DNA of 57,617 nucleotides from a virus (Duplodnaviria; Caudoviricetes): IMG/VR virus record IMGVR_UViG_3300046011_006126, positions 1 through 57,617 of that record; one strand, written 5' to 3'. The first letter of the stretch is position 1. Each line of letters starts with the position of its first letter. The notes beneath the pieces are model-generated. The model saw nothing but the letters and a program-made list of their open reading frames with translations, was not told the DNA's origin and searched no databases. Shown one piece after another: positions 10,801 through 16,800 of this stretch. Made by a program: the position numbers and the translations under genes.

Positions 10801-13800
10801 TTTTTCACCTGGCAGCATTTCAGAGTGCGCCTGTCCAGCATAGACAACTGTTTCAAGCTGGGCAATCGATAGCTTGCCATCCTCTATGACGCTTTTTGGT
10901 AGCGATGGTCGATAAGTCGGTGCTGGTGGCTCAACCGCAGCCATGGCCGACGATTGGACTAGGTTTCCTGGGTGCGGCTTTGCGCCCGGTATGCTGAGTC
11001 GTTGCGGCTGGTAGTTTGAAAATATAGAATCAGTAAAATCAGCCTGATTGTTTACCGACTCTACGGTAACTGATCCCGTGCTGCTATTTCCCGTGCTATT
11101 TCCAGCAGTATCCAATTGGCTGCTTCCGCCAGGTTTTCCGGTAGCTGCCCCAGTGTCACTTTGTCCCCGTCCTCCGTTTCCGTCAGCAGGCTCATTGCCT
11201 TTTCCGGCTTGTGATTGAGTGCCGTTATTAGCAGCTCCGGCTGAGGTATCTCCCGGTAAACGTCCAGTTGGTTGCGTTCCGCCGCTATCCTGGCTAGTGC
11301 CATTATTGCGAGTTCCGTCTGCGGGTTGAATGTTTCCTTGTTGCGTCGAAGTATTATTGCTGCCTGCCGATTGACTGGCAGCTTGTTGAGTTGGGCGTGT
11401 TCGGTCATTTTTAATACCCTCTAAAAGTTTGGGTAACTCGGCCACGGATTCGACCTGACCCGTTAAGATAGGCTGCGTGGTAGCGCCTGTTTTATCAATC
11501 ACCAGGATTTGATTATCAAACGTGGTGCCGTATTTTGCGTACTCTTTTCCAGATATACCAATATTGGCGCGAACATTGTACTTTTTGCCAATGTTGGACC
11601 ACCATTTTTTAAACGCGGGCTTTCCGTCAGCCATACCGTTGCCAACAATCGCCACCAGTCGGCCACCATCCGGCAACCTGGCTAATGCTTGCTCCAAATG
11701 CTTAGCCCCATTCATGGTGTCACGCTGGCCTTTTATGCGGCCTGCTGTTGACGAAAATGGGGGATTCATCACGACAACAGTAGGTATAGCATCTTTGGGT
11801 AAAATGTTATTGAGCTGTTCGGCGTTTTCGTTAAATATCCTTGCGCCAGGAAATAAAGGTCTAAGCAACTCAATCCTACGCGCAGACAATTCATTCAAGA
11901 TCAGTTTTGCTCCTGCAATGTCGGCCCATACTGCCAGGTCGCCAGTGCCGGCTGATGGCTCCATCATGGTGTCTTGATCGGTAACATTCGCCACCCAGTT
12001 CGCCACAAAGGATAATGCTGGTGGCGTACTGAATTGCTGGAACTCGTCCATTTCCTCGTCACGCTTGGTTTGCGTGGGTAATGCCTGGATAAGATTATTC
12101 AACTCTTTGGCTTTGTTTGCTGCCCATCGTGCGTTTTGCTGTGACCAGTCAGCCTTTTCAGTATTCATAAGATACAGATTGACCGCGGCTTCCATAGCAT
12201 CGTAAGCGTCTTTTGCTGTGTACCTGCCTTGCGCCTGTGTTCCGCCGAACGCTTTATCCGCTGCATCCGTCAATTGCTTGCTGGTGAATCCCGCCTCACT
12301 AATCAGGATTTCAGCAAGCGCATCAGCCAGCTTTATGCGCGCACTTGTCGCTTCTTTTTCGGACAGTTCAGGTTTCTGGAAAGGGGATTCCTCCTTTCCA
12401 GACTTAGGCGTTGATTTTTCAAATAGCTCTTGTGCGTATTTTTCAGCCTTATCAACTGTGTTAAAGATTCGCATACCATCCATGGTAAGACCGCTATCGT
12501 TGTCTTTTATGGATACCGAGAACTCTCTGCCGCCGTTTATTCTGGCAATGTTGATTTCAAGATTATCTTCAGCTATTGGAATGGTTTTTATAACCTTTGA
12601 CGATGTGTGTTCTTCTTCAAACTTGGCGTTATCCTCCATTCTGCCAACTTGAGTAGCTGCCCATTTTGCCAGTTCAGCCGTACTAATATCCCATGGAAGC
12701 CAATTGTTTGTGCCTCGGTTTGCAGACTTGTCTTTAACCACTGGATTGCTTGCGTATCGCGCCATAATGGCCACGCCTTGCGGGTGTGACTTCCCACCAG
12801 CACTTACAGTTGAAACACCGACCTGAATATAAATAGCCGAATTTCCCTTTTGCATAGCTAAGTACACATCACCAGAACCCGCTGGACCGCCTTCATTTGC
12901 TACTACGGGTTTCTCGGCTTTGCCTTTCTTGTCGGTATAAGGACTAAAGCCATCCTTGGTCAGCAGGTCAGCGACTTGATTCAGATACTTTTTAGTGTTG
13001 TTCAAAAACTCCGTTTTGATCTTGCCGCCTTTGCCGTCGTCGCGTTCAGAGTCGTAACCGTCGATATGCTCAACACCCCAATCAGCCTTCAGCTTCAGGT
13101 TGCCCAGCGGGTCAAACTTTTGCTTTTCGACCTTGGGCGATTGGCCTATTACTGGCGCCGGAATGCTGGCAATGTAATCGTTAATTGCTTTAACTACTGC
13201 GTCAACAGTCTCCTTGTTATCGTGATACTGCTCGATGCTTTTTGCACGCCCATCAAACACCTTGAACCTTGCAACCTGCTTGCCTGTCTCGGTAGTAACC
13301 ATCATCCAGCCGGATTGTTTGCCATCGGTTACGACAAATTTCCGTGCGCTTGATTCTTCATTCTGGAAAGGGGATTTCTCCTTTCCAGAATCTTCAACCC
13401 TTTGCCACCTGGTATTTTTATATTGGCTGAAGTTGCCTATGGATATATCCATTTTTCCGGCATCATCCCTAGTTTTAAAGCCGATGGAATGCTCGGTAAC
13501 ATAACTGACTTCACGCGCTGGCTTGCCATCGAATGACCACATTTCACCATGATGAACGCCCCATCTGTCCGCCGCTTCTAGCTCGGCATGGCTGGTCATG
13601 TCCTTTTTATCCATGCCAGGATAAGCGCGCACAGACTCATAGAATGACCGCAGGTAAGGTCTAACGCCTTCGCCTAAGTCAGCAACCATGGCCTTGGTGT
13701 AATCAGCAAATGACTTAGCACCAGCCTCGATGTAAGCACCAGCCAGCACCATGCCATCTAATGCAAGCTCTGGATCAAAGCCGCTATTCAGCGTGCCTAG

Positions 13801-16800
13801 CTTGGCTTTTAAACGCTCACGAGCAGCCGCTACTTTATCAGCCGTAAATATCTTGTTGTCTTTGAATCGTTCGGCATCAAGCTCTGCCTGGTCAAATTCC
13901 CCGGTAGACTTGCCCGGTACTTCCTCGGTATTGCCGCCACCCTGGAGAATTTCAACTATTTGGTCGATCAACTCAGATACCGGCGTAAATTGCCCGTACA
14001 AATCACTTGATGCTTTTTCCAGCATCGGGATATAGCTAATGATGGTTTTTTTATTGCGCAACTCGTCAGCAACCGTTTCCAGTGTGCGAATGGCGTTACC
14101 TTCTTTTGTATTTCTATCAATGCGATTCTGATCGCGCACTTGCTTGGCAACCAGCGTCAATCTATCTGCCTGCTCCCTTTCCATATCACCATTGATATGC
14201 GTTCCTGGCGCATCTTTTGATACTGGTCGCTTTCCGCCAACTCCTTTGTCTGACAGCGCCTTCTCTCCGGCTATCATGCTTTTTCTTTCGCCTGGGCTGA
14301 CTTCTTTCCATTTTGATCCTGATAGGCGATGCACTACGGCCCGCATCCCACCAAGGTCACTGGCTTGAGCAATGGATTGTCGTTGACCGTAATCCATTGC
14401 ATCCCATTTCGCGCCGAATGCTTGATCGTTATTTGACTGAGATTCGGAATTTTCAGTCAGTTCCGCACCGTTCGTGGCTTGCGTGTTTGATGGTTGCTTG
14501 ATTGAATCAATGTAATCGATAACAGCCTTAGCAATATCAGCAGCATTGGCCCTTGATCCGTCCATGCCAAGCCTTGCTTTTGTCATGACATTTACGCCAT
14601 GACCAAATGCCATATCGAACGGACCCCATCCTTCCGATGTTATCCCGAATGTTGCAGCAAGTTTTACCCTGTCAGATTGTTTGGGTGCTTTTTTGCCTTC
14701 GCGCCATGCTTTATCAGCAAGGTTTTGCTGCTTGATTACCTCTTCTGCAATCGCCTGAGCAATGGATTCTTTTTTGGCAATCAGTATTTGTTCTTCTGAT
14801 TGCGCTGGAATGTCAGCAATATCCACCTGGCCGGCCATATCCGCATTATCCGAAAACAATGCTGGTGGCTCTTTCCCGTCACCTTTGCGCTTGGCATCTT
14901 TAGCCGCGGCAATATCAGCAATCGCTTGCTGAGTGTCTAATGCTTGCTGTTCTGCGTCAGAGTTGACAAATAGATCAGTTTCAACTGGCTTGCCTTTTGG
15001 CTTAGGTGCGCCAGGTATGGTTTCACCTGTCACCATTTTGACGTAAGCCGCCACCTTGTCAGCCATAGGCAGGTCTTTAAAGCCTGCCGCCGCCATGACA
15101 TTAGCAGCCTCGTAGAGTGCTTTTATTTTTCCGCGTGAAGTTAGGTCGTTGATAATGGCCTGCGGATTGGCTTTGAATTTATCAGCCGCCGCTTGGGCTT
15201 CTGCGCTTATTCCACCGCTGGCTTGCTTGCGTGTTTTATCGCTCTCTTCAGAGCCGCGTTCAATTTCTGGCTCCCCGTCCCGTCGTTGTTCAGCTTCAGC
15301 CTTCCCCGTCTTACCGCTTCCCTGAGTACCACTCCCTGCCTTTCCAGTGCGCTGAGCTTCTTCATCGCTTGGCGAAACTGCTCCCGCTTGGATTTCTGGC
15401 CCGAAGATGGCGTCGAGGTCTGTTTCTGTAATGCTTGTTCCTGTTGATCCATTGAATAATGCCTCTAAAAGTAAGTCTATGTCATCATCTTCCAAATCAG
15501 GCGCAAGGTTATCGGCCTCAATTATGGCTTGACGTTCAATTATGGCTTCTGGATCATCAGCCGGCGATGTTTCGTAATCACTGCCAGTGTCAACCGGTCT
15601 TTCATTGCTACCGATATTATCGATGTGATCCAGCATAGCAGATACAGAGCGTCTTTCCTTGGCTCCCATTGGCTCGCCGTTAATGGCTTTTTGCACAGCA
15701 GCGACGGTATCAACCGCATTTAAACGCGAGTCTTTTGGAATTTCTAAATACCAGTCTGCTTTTGGTATCCAGGTTGTTCGGCTTTTCTTTCCTGTTGAGT
15801 CAATTATTAGCCTGCCGCCCTCTTGCGCCCACCCTGCATTGTCGGCCATGGCTTTCAATGTATCAACATTCTCGCTCAGCCTGGTATCGTCAAACGGCTT
15901 TAAGCGTGACTGATTAGGTGTTTTAGCGGTTTTAGCGGGTTCTGTTTTTGCAACAATGCCATTACGTTCATCCCTTAATTTATCGGCTTCACGTTGCAAT
16001 GACGCTTGCACAGGTCCGGTTCTGGTTGGTAACTGTGCTTCAATTTCAGAGAGTCGGCTATCAATTCTGGCTACACGCTCACGCTCGACTGGCAAAAGGC
16101 GTGATAGGTTTTCTTTGCTCTCCGGCTGGCTTGGCGCGGATTCGTCTGGTATTTCAGATAGCCTTTTCCCAACAATCTGCCTAACAAGGTCTATCGGAAT
16201 AGAACCTTTGTTATTTGGAACAGATCCTTCGCCATTGCCAATAAAAACCTCATCCTCTACCCATGAATCGCGGCCATACTTTGATAGATCAATATCTTTA
16301 TTAAACAGAAACCTTCTCGTTTTTTGATTTGCGCCATCGCCTATAACGTAATCAAAAACGGTTCCTGCCGGTATAAAGTCTTTGCTTAATTTATTTTCTC
16401 CGGCAATAGGTTGGTCCTGGTGAATTCCACCATCGCCAGCAGTCGCTTGTTCTCCTGTAGGAGATATTGCACCTTGTTCGACAGATCCACGTTCTCCCGC
16501 AATAATTCCCTGACTATTCCCGGTCGCTGTTCCGCCAGTTTGAGTTTCATCTAATGTTCCTCTATCGATTGGATTACCGGGTTGATCAGTTTGTGCGGGT
16601 ACTGGTCCAGCATTTCCGCCAGTTCCTCCCGCATTAACTCCTGATATTCCTGGTTGATTGCTGCTTCCAGTTCCGACACTCGCTGTCTCAACAAGTGGAT
16701 TTCCTGAATCTGCTCGTTGATCAACTTCTGTGCTGCTTCCGGTGGGATTATTGGCATCGATGTTCTCCAGTGGTTTTTCATATCCATCGGGATCAAACAG

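Noticed and set aside
13890-13925. CCCGGTA direct repeat in the giant gene
   Set aside because: 7-bp repeat, compatible with chance.
2316-14150. Other same-strand alternative-frame ORFs in the giant gene (2316-2528, 3834-4205, 5007-5240, 6006-6194, 9183-9404, 10671-10880, 12588-12803, 13968-14150)
   Set aside because: They overlap conserved-looking main-frame domains, show no convincing SD+ATG and have W/C/R-rich random-looking products.
15541-15606. +1-frame 21 aa ORF MKDRLTLAVITKHRRLMIQKP
   Set aside because: Right frame but very short and no clear SD.
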